A DNA stretch of 63,806 bases, counting the filler, from Reclinomonas americana ATCC 50394 (lineage: Eukaryota): the NCBI GenBank assembly GCA_048213135.1. It is 7 parts of 7 records of this genome, joined end to end, with 100 filler letters (N's around TTAATTAATTAA, not from the genome) between each part and the next. Parts side by side here need not be neighbours in the genome. Positions count along the whole stretch, not along the records: positions 43,563 to 51,937 come from PS015525.1; positions 52,038 to 56,867 come from PS015526.1; positions 56,968 to 60,637 come from PS015527.1; 4 more parts are not named here. One strand, given 5' to 3'. Under the pieces are notes generated by a model. The model was not told the DNA's origin. It searched no databases and was given only the letters and a program-made list of their open reading frames with translations. Of the stretch, positions 48,053 through 58,957 are shown one piece after another (position 1 is the stretch's first letter; each line of letters begins with the position of its first letter). Made by a program: the position numbers and the translations under genes.

Positions 48053-51000
48053 AAGAGAGAAGAAGAAGAAGATGATGAATAGGATTGAAAGATTTGTTCC
48101 GCAAAGAGAGTGATTTGGTGAGCGGGTCAAGGGTTGAGGGCGAGAGAACTGCTACAGCTGTAGAGAAGAAGGCAGGGGAAGAGGGAAAAGGAGGAAGGAG
48201 AGAGAGAGAATTGGCTGGGAGTGGAAGTGCGAGAAGGACGAGAAAGATGAAGGTGGGTTAGACAAAAGCCAAGACGTGGAGGTGACAACATGTGACGAAA
48301 GAGCGAAGCACCGTCATGTGTTCTTCTTCTCTTTATGTGCTCTCTCATCACACTCCTTCATTCACCGTCTGCTGCCTCAGGCATCACTGGAGCGCGCGAT
48401 TCGTGCACGCAGCTTTGCCACGACCACGGACGAGACGGGTCACGAAATGCGCCACCCGGCATCTCACATTGTGACCACGTTCAACATCAAGTTGTCACGA
48501 TGGCGGTCGCCGGCGTCTGCTGGTGTGTGTTAGTTAGCACACATATTTGAAAGAAAGTATTAGCATGACATCTGACTCGCGGCGCTTGTGTCATTGCAGA
48601 CGCTGCCGAGGTCAGTCGCATCCGCCTCATGTGCGTGAACCTGGTGCCGGCGGTTCGGTCGCATGTGGGCGGACGCAAGATTGTTGCGTACGCTTTATTG
48701 TGTCGTGCTGCGCCGCTTACTGACCGTTTGCGCGCACGCACCAGATGCCGCGCGAGTTCATCCCCATCAGTCAGAGTGTCACCGCGCTGCGCAACGTGCT
48801 GCAGGCGCTGTCGATGCCGGTGGACGAGGCCCCGTACATTCGGTATCGCGAGAGCGTGCTGACGATGCTCCTGAAGGACTTTACAGAGACTGCGGACTCA
48901 ATGGCGTTGCGTGGGGAATGGGGTAGTCTGCTGTGGAGGACTTATTTCTTACTTTTTCTTCATTTGTGCTTCCCGCAGTGTGGTGCTCTCCGTCACCCCC
49001 TCACCTGCGGATCGGCAAGGCAACGAACACACATTGCAGTTTGGCCACTACGACCAGGCGTCGGTTCCTGGCTTGCTGCGGCCTCAGGTCAGCAACTTCC
49101 ATTGTTTACCCATTGCATGATGTTGCGTATCTCATTCTGTGCTCGCACGTCGCAGGCACGTGTGTTTGCCTCTGTGGGCGAGTTCCCGCTCTCGGAGCAG
49201 GAACGCATGCAGTCCAATCTGCTGCTGCACACATCGCGTGGTGAATTGTTCAATTGCTGGCAGTCAATTCCTGTCATGCTGACGAGGCGCTCTTACAGAG
49301 GTACACGCTCCGCGCAAGAACGTCAAGGTGGTGTGCCGAGCCAAGCCGCTGGTGGCTGGCGGTGATGCTCAACAGCAGGTGCGTTGCTCTCTTCGTTGTC
49401 GCCTACTCTCCTCCGTTTTCTTCGACTCACAACCGCCCTGCAGAGCTGCATTGGATTCGCGGAGTTGAATGGCCGCCGTGCGACGCTCTCCAACGGTCTG
49501 CAGTACTCGGTGGACACTGGTTTCCCGTCGCACACGTCGCCTCAGGTGTGTGTGTACTGACGTGAACAAAGCAGTGCTGCATCGCGCACTAACATTTGTG
49601 CTTGTGTGCGCGCGTCAGGTCCTGGCTGCGCGTTTCCGTCCACTGGCCTCGGCCGCACTGGCCGGCAAGAACTCGGTGGTATTCAGCTACGGCTCGAAGG
49701 CCTCTGGCAAGCTCACTTCGCTCTTTGGTTCGCCGGAGGACCCCTCGTCTGGTTTGCACGCGCGCATCATTCCTATCGCAATCCACGTTGGTGGTGGGCT
49801 CACACACACTCTCAGGTCTCTTCTCGATGCTGTTGGAGGAGCTGAACAGGAAGATTGCCACTCTTCAAGTGGACCCCGATGCGCCCATTATCGACATCCA
49901 AGTGGTGCACACTGTGCTGGACGTTGCCGGCACTGTTGTCATGGATCTGCTTGGAGACACCTCGGCACCATCGGTGAGTCCGACATTCTTGTGGCCTTGC
50001 CACCTGTAACCTCATCGTGAGGCGAACGCAAACAACAGCCGGTGGTTGTCCGCACCTCGGTGTACGGCGACAATGTGCTCGAGAACATTTTCCTGCGCGA
50101 GTTGACACCTGTCGACATTTGGGTGCGTGACACAAGGTTGCTGGAGGCTTTGACGCTTAGTATACTCATTCTTGGTTGCCGCGCAGTCGATTCCGGAGAT
50201 TTGCGCCCGGTGCCTGCGCGAGGACAGCCCCGACGACAGCTCGCTGGCGCTCAGCTCGCTGGTCGTGCTCACATACGTGCAGTTCACCGACCGCACCACT
50301 GGCGATCGCAACTGTGGCAAGATTGCGCTCGTCGATTTGCCGACTCCAGTGCCACCGGTGAGTGCGCGTACGTTAACATAATTCGCACGCTTGTACGCGA
50401 TGTTTGCGCGGGCGTGTGAGCGCGTGTGTTTGTGTGTGTTTTTTTATTGTGTATGTGTGTGTGTGTTGTGTGCGTGTGTGTGTGTGTGTGTCATTCTTCT
50501 GTCTCATTCTCCCTCTCTCATACACACTCTCTCCCTTGCTGCCCTTTCCCACAACACAGGCTTTCCGCTTGCGCGACATTGACCCGAGTCTGCACTGCGA
50601 GGTGGTGGCAGCGACGCGCACTGTGACACACGTGCGCTCTGTGCTGCACGACGTGTTTGCCGGCGGCACACATCCGCGGTTCCGCGACAACAAGCTGACA
50701 CACCTGCTTCGTGATTGCATCGATCCAGTGGACTCGCGTGTCATGTTGCGTGGGGGAGAACGCAGTGATTCATCTATCTGTTTCTTGTCTGGGTTCTGAT
50801 TGCCTGTGCGCAGTCTGTATACGCACGTGGTGCCGGCCATGTCGCATCTGGAGGAGACGCTGACGACGATGAAGTACGGCGACTTGAAGACCGACTATAC
50901 GGTCAAGGTTGGTCGCTGCGAGTGCGTGGGATAACAACAGTTCTGTTGTGACAACCTACTGACTACCAAAAAATCCGGCACAGACTCCGCGCTGGCTGCC

Positions 51001-54000
51001 GCCTGGCACCCGCGCGTCGCGCCTTCCACGTCCGTCGGTCTCGCTGTCAGGGCGCAGCAGCCCCCAGCAGCGCTTTGCTGGTGGACCGCCTACATTGGCG
51101 GCCGCCGGTGGCTCCACGTCGTCGTCGTCGTTGCAGGCGCGCGGAGGCGTCAAGACTCTGGTTCGCGTCCGTCCGCTGTTTGCCGAAGAAGCGCGGTCGC
51201 CATCTGGAGGAGATCTTGTTCGTGNNNNNNNNNNNNNNNNNNNNACAGTTTTCTTTATTCATCTTGTCCTCTGTGCTTGTTATTGACAGTGTTTCATTCG
51301 TAGGTGGCCATCGATCGCATCATCGACAATGAGCAGATTCTGCTGGTGGGCGGCAAGTCGTTCCTGGCCGACCACGTGTTCGGACCGGACTCGACAAACA
51401 CAGTTGCGGGCGCATGCGTTACACACTGTCGTTCACTCGTCGCACTCACTTTTGCTCCGTCTCGAAGGATGTGTACAATCACTCCAAGCGGCTGGTCGAC
51501 TGGGCGTTGCTGGGCAACAACGCGTCGTTGATTCTGTACGGCGAGGCCATGTCGGGCAAGACGTACACGTTGTATGGACACGACGAGGATCCAGGACTGC
51601 TGCCGCTGTATGTGGACGACATCTTGGAGCAGGCTGCTCGTGTGCGCGATGCCTCTGGCACAGTTGTGGTGTTGACAGCCAGTGTTGTGCGCGTCACTCC
51701 GGACGACCGCATTGTCGACCTGCTGCGATCGGAGGTGAGTGCGGTGGCCGTACTTTCTTCTGTTGCACTGTCCACTCAAATCGCCTCCCACTGTCACCGC
51801 AGAGTGAAACCGGTGCGCAACCGTGCCTGCGCACGACGGTCAATGGCGAAGTGCATCTGGAGCACGCCACCGTCATGGAGATTGGCGATTTTGCTGACAT
51901 TGAGGTAGGCAGCGCACGTCGGGAGAGTTTGTGTGTGNNNNNNNNNNNNNNNNNNNNNNNNNNNNNNNNNNNNNNNNNNNNTTAATTAATTAANNNNNNN
52001 NNNNNNNNNNNNNNNNNNNNNNNNNNNNNNNNNNNNNCCCCGTTTGTGGAATTCACACATATTCCTTTCCCCCCGTGCAGCGCATTGCGGATGCCGTGTC
52101 GATGGACTCGCAGGAGGTGCAGCGCCAGTCGCATACGATTTACACGCTGTACTTGGACGTTCTCCGGCCATTTGAGGGCGGCGGTCCGCCCTCGCACGGC
52201 AAGATTGTCATTGCGGATCTCGCGGCGCAGCAGTTCGGAGCTGCTTCGTCCAATCCCGACGTGAGTTTCAGTCCGCTCGCCTCTCTCTTTTTCAGCGCTT
52301 CGTTGGCTTAGTATTGCGCGTTGATTAGGTGCAACACCTTGCCGGCGAGTTTGCCGCACTGCAAGAGCTGCTTGTGGCGGCGCAAACCACGCAGCCGGCG
52401 GATGAAAGTTTCGATTCGAGCAGCGACGCCTCTCCACTGCTGTGACAGCAGGCACTCATCCCATCTCGGCCACGCAGACTCCATTACCTCCAGCAACTTT
52501 ATGCACACACTGTTCCGCCAGTACAAATTGGTGGGACTGCTTGGCACTGCGTTTGCACGCCGATTCAAGTCAATGTTGCGTTTGCATTAGTTTTGTGCTG
52601 TTGCGGGGGTCGCGGAGAAGTCTGACGAATTCATTAATGTGTGCAGTGTCAGTATTCATCTGAGTCCGTACATTGGCCATCTGGAGCATGATACGGCGGC
52701 ATTGCGCTTCGGATTCTTCCGTTCCAATGCGCCGTCGACTGTTGCCGCTACTGACGCGTCGCCAAATGGTTTGAGGGGTTTGATTCGTGTTCCGAGGATG
52801 TGTTTTTTGCTCACTTGCCTCCCCCGCGGTCGCAGTGTCGCCGCGATCGCTTTCACCACGTGTACTCAATGGCTCTCCCGATGGCAGACCGCAGTCACCA
52901 GTATCCTCTCGTTGCGTCGCGAAGCTTACAAATGTGTGTGGCTTTCCTCGTTCGCTCATGTTCCTGCGCAGAGCCCTGGCAAACGGTACGCAGCAAGTCG
53001 CAGATGCAGACGCCACCCTCGTCCAGTGGGCGAGGAGCGGACGCTGGTGGTGACTTCAAGGCGGTGGTTCTGGTCCGTCCCTACTATCGCAATGAGTATC
53101 GTTGGGGTGACCAAGCTGTGCAAATCGTCAAGCCGGATCGTGTGGCTCTGGCCACTGGCGAGGTGTTCCGTTTCGATGCCGTGCACGATATGGATACGGC
53201 GCCGCAGGTACGCTTGTTCATCCCATGTGTTGATAGCCAGTGAAGACTCAAATCAGTCGCATGCACAGGTGGCCCACGAGTCGATCATGGAGCTTGTGCA
53301 ACATGCGTTGGCCGGCAATGGCGCCTCCCTGTTCACATACGGATCGGTGAGTCGTGCTGTTCTTCCTCCCTTGTTGTGTGTGTTCTGTTCACATCTCACC
53401 ACGCCTTGCAGCTGCTCTCCGGAAAGCAACTGCAACAGTTTGCCTACGAGAGAGGTGCTTACACCACGTGTATCTCACCGCGCACTTGGTGTTGTAGTCG
53501 CACTCATAATCTCTCCTCGCGGCAGGCATGCTGGCTGCTGCTTGCAAGGCGCTGTTTGAGGCACCAGCTGCGGGTGCCGGCTCCATGTCTGTGCGCGTGG
53601 CCGTTTTCGAACTGGTCGGCGACAATCTGCTCGACATCAACGTCGAGGAACGAGTGCAGCAGTCCGCGCTGGCGGGTCGCGCTACGCCGTCCAGTGGCGC
53701 CACGAGTGGGCGCTCGAGTGTGCAGCAGGGCGCAAAGAGGAGACCGCCGGCGCAGCGCGAGTTCATCACCGGACAGCTGGCCGAGCGTTTGCAGGGTTTG
53801 TTCTGTTGTCAATCGTGTGTGGTGAGATGTGTGTCGTCGAGGCTCACTCCTGCACACACAGAACGCAAAAAGGGCACTGCGCGTGTGGAGCAGGCGCTGA
53901 ATGTGCGCATGCCCAGCAAGGGTCGCACAGTTGTCGATGGAGCTGTGCTGTTGCCGGTGACGAGTCACGCCGATGTTGTGGTGCGGNNNNNNNNNNNNNN

Positions 54001-54117
54001 NNNNNNCTTTCTCTCATTCTTGCCGTTTGTCTGTGGTCTGTCACTCTGTCTGTGTGCCAGTTTGTACGTTTCCCTCCGTTTCTCTCTCTCTCTTTCTCTC
54101 TTGGTTTGTCTCTTGTT

Positions 54118-54155
<38 letters not shown>

Positions 54156-55079
54156 TCGCAGTCATGCACACGCTCGTTGTGAAGCATCTACATCCAATGT
54201 GTTGTGTGTGCTGTATCGTTCTGCTTACTCGCACTGCTCGCACTGCAGCCGACCTTGGCGACCTGCGCTTGTATGTGCGCGTGAGACCACTGTTGGATGA
54301 CGAACCAGCTGATGTGGTTTGTTGGTGCATTGCTTGTCTCATCGTTTCTCGTGACAACTCACTCCACATTCCCGGCAGATGGTGACGGCACCCAACGAGA
54401 CCACTGTTCGTGTGGCGCTGCCGAACAACAAGAACGAATCGTTTGTCGTTCGACGTGCCTTTGGCGCCGAGTCGTCGCAGGCGGTGCGTGTCGATGCAAG
54501 ACGGCAGTGGTGACCTCCTCGTCACACTCATTTCTTCTTTGTGACACAGGACGTGTGGCGGTCGACTTCCGATCTCGTGGAGTGGTCGTTTGGCGGTCAC
54601 GAGAGCTGTGTGTTGTCGTATGGCCACCACGCCACCGGCAAGACGCACACGATGATTGGCAACCCTGAGGATCCGGGTTCGTTGTCGTTGCATGATTGCT
54701 CTCTTCTATTCAGTGAAATGCAGCTCACCGCTCTCGACACTCGCTCATGCAGGCATTCTGGCGCGCGCATTGCACCAGATCTTTGATCGCATGCCGCAAA
54801 TTCAGCAAGACGATTCTTACGGTTGCGTCCGCTCATGCTGGCTCGCCTTCTCTTCTCTCGTCTCATAACTGGTGATCTGCAGACTTGGTGCCCGTCGATC
54901 TGGTGTGGAATGCGGTGGAGGTGTGTGGCGAGGAGGTTACGGATTTGTTGGCTCCGGTGGACGAGGGCGACGACAATCCGCCGCTGGCCGGCCTGCAGGT
55001 GGTGGTGCCGGAGGCGCGTCGCCGTGTGGGTTTGCGGGGCGCCACTGTTTTGCGCATCCAGACGTTTGAGGACATGATG
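44726..55079 (+). CDS. Multi-exon kinesin-superfamily protein with at least five tandem degenerate motor domains (partial at both ends)
   Basis: Kinesin motif series repeats five times. D1 about 46714-49045 (YSFDRV, GETASGRD, YRESVLTMLL, HTLQFG). D2 about 49319-50880 (NVKVVCRAKPL, GSKASGKL, IALVDL, FRDNKLTHLL, EETLTTMKYG). D3 about 51146-52713 (VRVRPL, GEAMSGKT, QSH, ADLAA, ALRFG). D4 about 53052-53982 (VLVRP, FRFDAV, GS-LLSGKQ). D5 about 54260-55079 (VRVRPL, GHHATGKTHTMIG, GILAR). Confidence 0.8.
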
Positions 55080-55174
55080 GTGAGAAGAAGGAGGAAAGGG
55101 GGAAAGGGAAGGGAGTGCAAGGGTGAAAGAGATACGGAAGGAGACTAAGGGAGGGAAGATGGCACTGCAAATTG

Positions 55175-55248
<74 letters not shown>

Positions 55249-55969
55249 NNNNNNNNNNNNNNNNNNNNNNNNNNNNNNNNNNNNNNNNNNNNNNNNNNNN
55301 NNNNNNNNNNNNNNNNNNNNNNNNNNNNNNNNNNNNNNNNNNNNNNNNNNNNNNNNNNNNNNNNNNNNNNNNNNNNNNNNNNNNNNNNNNNNNNNNNNNN
55401 NNNNNNNNNNNNNNNNNNNNNNNNNNNNNNNNNNNNNNNNNNNNNNNNNNNNNNNNNNNNNNNNNNNNNNNNNNNNNNNNNNNNNNNNNNNNNNNNNNNN
55501 NNNNNNNNNNNNNNNNNNNNNNNNNNNNNNNNNNNNNNNNNNNNNNNNNNNNNNNNNNNNNNNNNNNNNNNNNNNNNNNNNNNNNNNNNNNNNNNNNNNN
55601 NNNNNNNNNNNNNNNNNNNNNNNNNNNNNNNNNNNNNNNNNNNNNNNNNNNNNNNNNNNNNNNNNNNNNNNNNNNNNNNNNNNNNNNNNNNNNNNNNNNN
55701 NNNNNNNNNNNNNNNNNNNNNNNNNNNNNNNNNNNNNNNNNNNNNNNNNNNNNNNNNNNNNNNNNNNNNNNNNNNNNNNNNNNNNNNNNNNNNNNNNNNN
55801 NNNNNNNNNNNNNNNNNNNNNNNNNNNNNNNNNNNNNNNNNNNNNNNNNNNNNNNNNNNNNNNNNNNNNNNNNNNNNNNNNNNNNATGGAAGGGGAAGGG
55901 AGGAGAAGGGGGAAGAGAGGGGGACGGAGGGAAGGGGAGGGGGAAGGTTAGGGGAAGGGGAAGGGGAGG

Positions 55970-55990
55970 AGGTTGTCTGTCTTTCTGTTA

Positions 55991-56031
<41 letters not shown>

Positions 56032-56113
56032 ATTGACTTACTGTTTCTCTCTTGGTTTGTCTGTCTGTCTGTCGCTTTCTCCCTCTCTTTCTCTCTTGCT
56101 TTGTCTGTCTGTA

Positions 56114-56211
<98 letters not shown>

Positions 56212-56307
56212 ATTGACTTACTGTTTCTCTCTTGGTTTGTCTGTCTGTCTGTCGCTTTCTCCCTCTCTTTCTGTCTGTCTGTCGCTTTCTCCCTCTCTTT
56301 CTCTTGC

Positions 56308-56359
<52 letters not shown>

Positions 56360-56360
56360 A
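55970..56360. repeat. (CTGT)n tetranucleotide satellite with a 180-nt duplicated unit
   Basis: AATTGACTTACTGTTTCTCTCTTGGTTTG occurs at 56031 and 56211 within TCTG runs. Confidence 0.85.
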
Positions 56361-56823
56361 TTCTCTCTGCGTCTACCTTTCTGCCTATGTACCTCCGTTG
56401 TCTTTGTTTATCGAGGCTCAGCGCGCGCTTGCGTCTTGGTGCGGATTGGAGCAGTTGTATTTTCGTTCCTTCTCCTCGCTGTGTGGTTCGATGTGCTTGT
56501 CATTTTGTGTTTATCGCATCTTGCGTTCCTATGTTCTCGCCCTTTCCGTGATGGTTTGTTGTTTGTTTGTTTGTCTGTAGAGTGTGTGTGTGAGAGAGAG
56601 AGAGAGTGCTTGTTATTCTACTCTCGTTTTCTGAGTATATCCAAATTTGCTTGCGCGGGTTCGAGCTATTAGATTTATGTGTTCTGTCGCGTCTGTGGTT
56701 TCATCTGGTTTCTTTCTCTCATTCTTGCCGTTTGTCTGTGGTCTGTCACTCTGTCTGTGTGCCAGTTTGTACGTTTCCCTCCGTTTCTCTCTCTCTCTTT
56801 CTCTCTTGGTTTGTCTCTTGGTT

Positions 56824-56867
<44 letters not shown>

Positions 56868-57072
56868 NNNNNNNNNNNNNNNNNNNNNNNNNNNNNNNNN
56901 NNNNNNNNNNNTTAATTAATTAANNNNNNNNNNNNNNNNNNNNNNNNNNNNNNNNNNNNNNNNNNNNTTTAGAATTTTTATATTAAATCATTTCTTTACG
57001 AATAGCTTCGAAATTATTTACGAATATATTCGATATTTTCCCTCGTATTTTTCGTAAGTTAATATATAGACA

Positions 57073-57522
57073 ATGTCAGAAAATCAAACCCCAAATGTGG
57101 CTCCGGTTGCAGTAGAGGCACCAGCTCACCCAAATAAGAAACAATTTAAGAGAGAGATGACGCCGGCGCGTCAATTAGCAATAGAAAAGATGAAAGAAGC
57201 AGGTGCAAAAGCCAGAGCAGAGAAAGCAGAGGCCATAAAAAACGGCACCATTAAAAGACCACCAAATAAGAAACAATTAGAAAATCAATTAAAGGAGTTA
57301 ACTGAGAAATTAACACAAATAGAGTCAAAAAATACAGCAAATGAAATAGTGATAAAGAAACCTGTTAAAGTGGAGAGAAAGCCGGCCGTAGATAAAAAAG
57401 AATTTATGACAGAACAAACATATACAAACATGCAAGTTGCTAAAATGCAAAATCCAAATATTGACTTAACACCGATGCCACCAAAACCAAGATATACATT
57501 TGGAGGTATTAATTATTTCTAA
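57073..57522 (+). CDS. Hypothetical Lys-rich coiled-coil viral-type protein, 149 aa
   Basis: Clean ORF with AT-rich codons; the motif HPNKKQF/PPNKKQL is duplicated. Confidence 0.7.
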   Translation: MSENQTPNVAPVAVEAPAHPNKKQFKREMTPARQLAIEKMKEAGAKARAEKAEAIKNGTIKRPPNKKQLENQLKELTEKLTQIESKNTANEIVIKKPVKVERKPAVDKKEFMTEQTYTNMQVAKMQNPNIDLTPMPPKPRYTFGGINYF

Positions 57523-57527
57523 TCATA

Positions 57528-58475
57528 ATGTATAATAAAATGAACAAACTAATCTTTGATCAACCAAGATTTAATGAAATGGTCGGTTATACAGTCCCAT
57601 ATAAAATATATGTTGATACTCCTGTCGATTTGATTAATGCAACATTGGGACGTGATAAACTAAAAAAGAAATTAGTTAAACGTGCCACAATTGAAGAACA
57701 ATTTAATAGACGGTTCCCACAATATGAAAGTGCTAATTATTGGAATGAAGAAGCGTTAGCAACTCCAGCCGTAACTCCGCGACGTTTGGGCGGTGGATCT
57801 ATGGTTAGCGATACTGACTCATTTGTTTCATTTGCAAATTTATTTGATACTCCGCGTTCTTATGCTAGTTCTGTGGGTGCTAGTTCTGTGGCGGATGATG
57901 ATAAATCATTTGTTTCATTTGCAGGTTTATTTGATGAAGAAGAGGGATGGGTAGACCCTAACGCCTCTACAGTAGTTAATCCTGTTATAGATTTTCAAAG
58001 TCCTCTAATATCACTCCGCAATTTACCACCACGACGTATATCGGGACCGACACCACCACCATCAGAAATGAGGAGATCATATGAAAGAAAAACAATCTTA
58101 GATACTAGCGGATTGCCTGTTTCTCCCATATCACCAGTAAAACAAATTCCTATACCATTATCTCAGTTATCTCAGCCAATTGAAGCTCGCGTTGTAGATG
58201 AATCATTAAGAAATCTAGGGGATATGTTAGATAACCAAAGACAACATGAAGTTCATGAACAAGTTTTTGGAAGTAGTGACCCATTATATAATAAATACTT
58301 TGGCGGTGATGTTGCTCAATCGAGTGCTTTATATGATGATTCAGTTTCTAGTATTAGGGGTTATAGTATACCATTTACTCCGCCAGTACCAGCAGAAAAG
58401 AAGTTATCTATGATAATAACTAGAAAACGTGAAGAACCATCTATTGAATCCCAATTTGTCGATTTTAGGGATTAA
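57528..58475 (+). CDS. Hypothetical Ser/Pro-rich viral-type protein, 315 aa
   Basis: Long ORF in AT-rich DNA with an internal duplication SFVSFANLFD / SFVSFAGLFD. Confidence 0.7.
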   Translation: MYNKMNKLIFDQPRFNEMVGYTVPYKIYVDTPVDLINATLGRDKLKKKLVKRATIEEQFNRRFPQYESANYWNEEALATPAVTPRRLGGGSMVSDTDSFVSFANLFDTPRSYASSVGASSVADDDKSFVSFAGLFDEEEGWVDPNASTVVNPVIDFQSPLISLRNLPPRRISGPTPPPSEMRRSYERKTILDTSGLPVSPISPVKQIPIPLSQLSQPIEARVVDESLRNLGDMLDNQRQHEVHEQVFGSSDPLYNKYFGGDVAQSSALYDDSVSSIRGYSIPFTPPVPAEKKLSMIITRKREEPSIESQFVDFRD

Positions 58476-58484
58476 TAATATACA

Positions 58485-58646
58485 ATGCCTTCTAAATCTA
58501 TTAAACAGATGAATTTTTTTAGAGCTGTGTTAAATGCTAAGAAAAACGGTAAAGGAAACAAGCGAGTTAAGAAAGTGGCCAAGAAACTAACCATAAAACA
58601 AATTAATGATTTTACCATGTTAAAGAAAGGGTTTAAAAAGAAATAG
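58485..58646 (+). CDS. Small basic protein, 53 aa, resembling the phage MPAKSxxQ (DUF3008-like) peptides
   Basis: Not in the ORF track because of its length. Translated by hand: MPSKSIKQMNFFRAVLNAKKNGKGNKRVKKVAKKLTIKQINDFTMLKKGFKKK*. It starts 9 nt after the previous stop. Confidence 0.6.
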   Translation: MPSKSIKQMNFFRAVLNAKKNGKGNKRVKKVAKKLTIKQINDFTMLKKGFKKK

Positions 58647-58957
58647 ACATATAATATTGTAACTGAAATAACAAAGTTACATATAAATCGTTGTTTGATA
58701 ATTTCCATTTCGACTATACTTTTTTCAGGTATTATAAATTTGACATTAAAAGTTAACAATACCTATCTAGCACTATAAGACATCAATTCATTAATGATTT
58801 GATTGTACGTTTCATCATCTAAGACTGTTAAAATTTNNNNNNNNNNNNNNNNNNNNNNNNNNNNNNNNNNNNNNNNNNNNNNNNNNNNNNNNNNNNNNNN
58901 NNNNNNNNNNNNNNNNNNNNNNNNNNNNNNNNNNNNNNNNNNNNNNNNNNNNNNNNA

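Noticed and set aside
48906..48915. Apparent conserved GC-AG introns in kinesin domains 1-3
   Set aside because: A GT donor (GTTGCG) three bases upstream gives the same phase, so no non-canonical site is needed.
58648..58836. Minus-strand reading with an in-frame TAG at 58765-58763, suggesting an alternative genetic code
   Set aside because: Single instance with no recognisable protein; the neighbouring ORFs read cleanly in the standard code and one ends in TAG.
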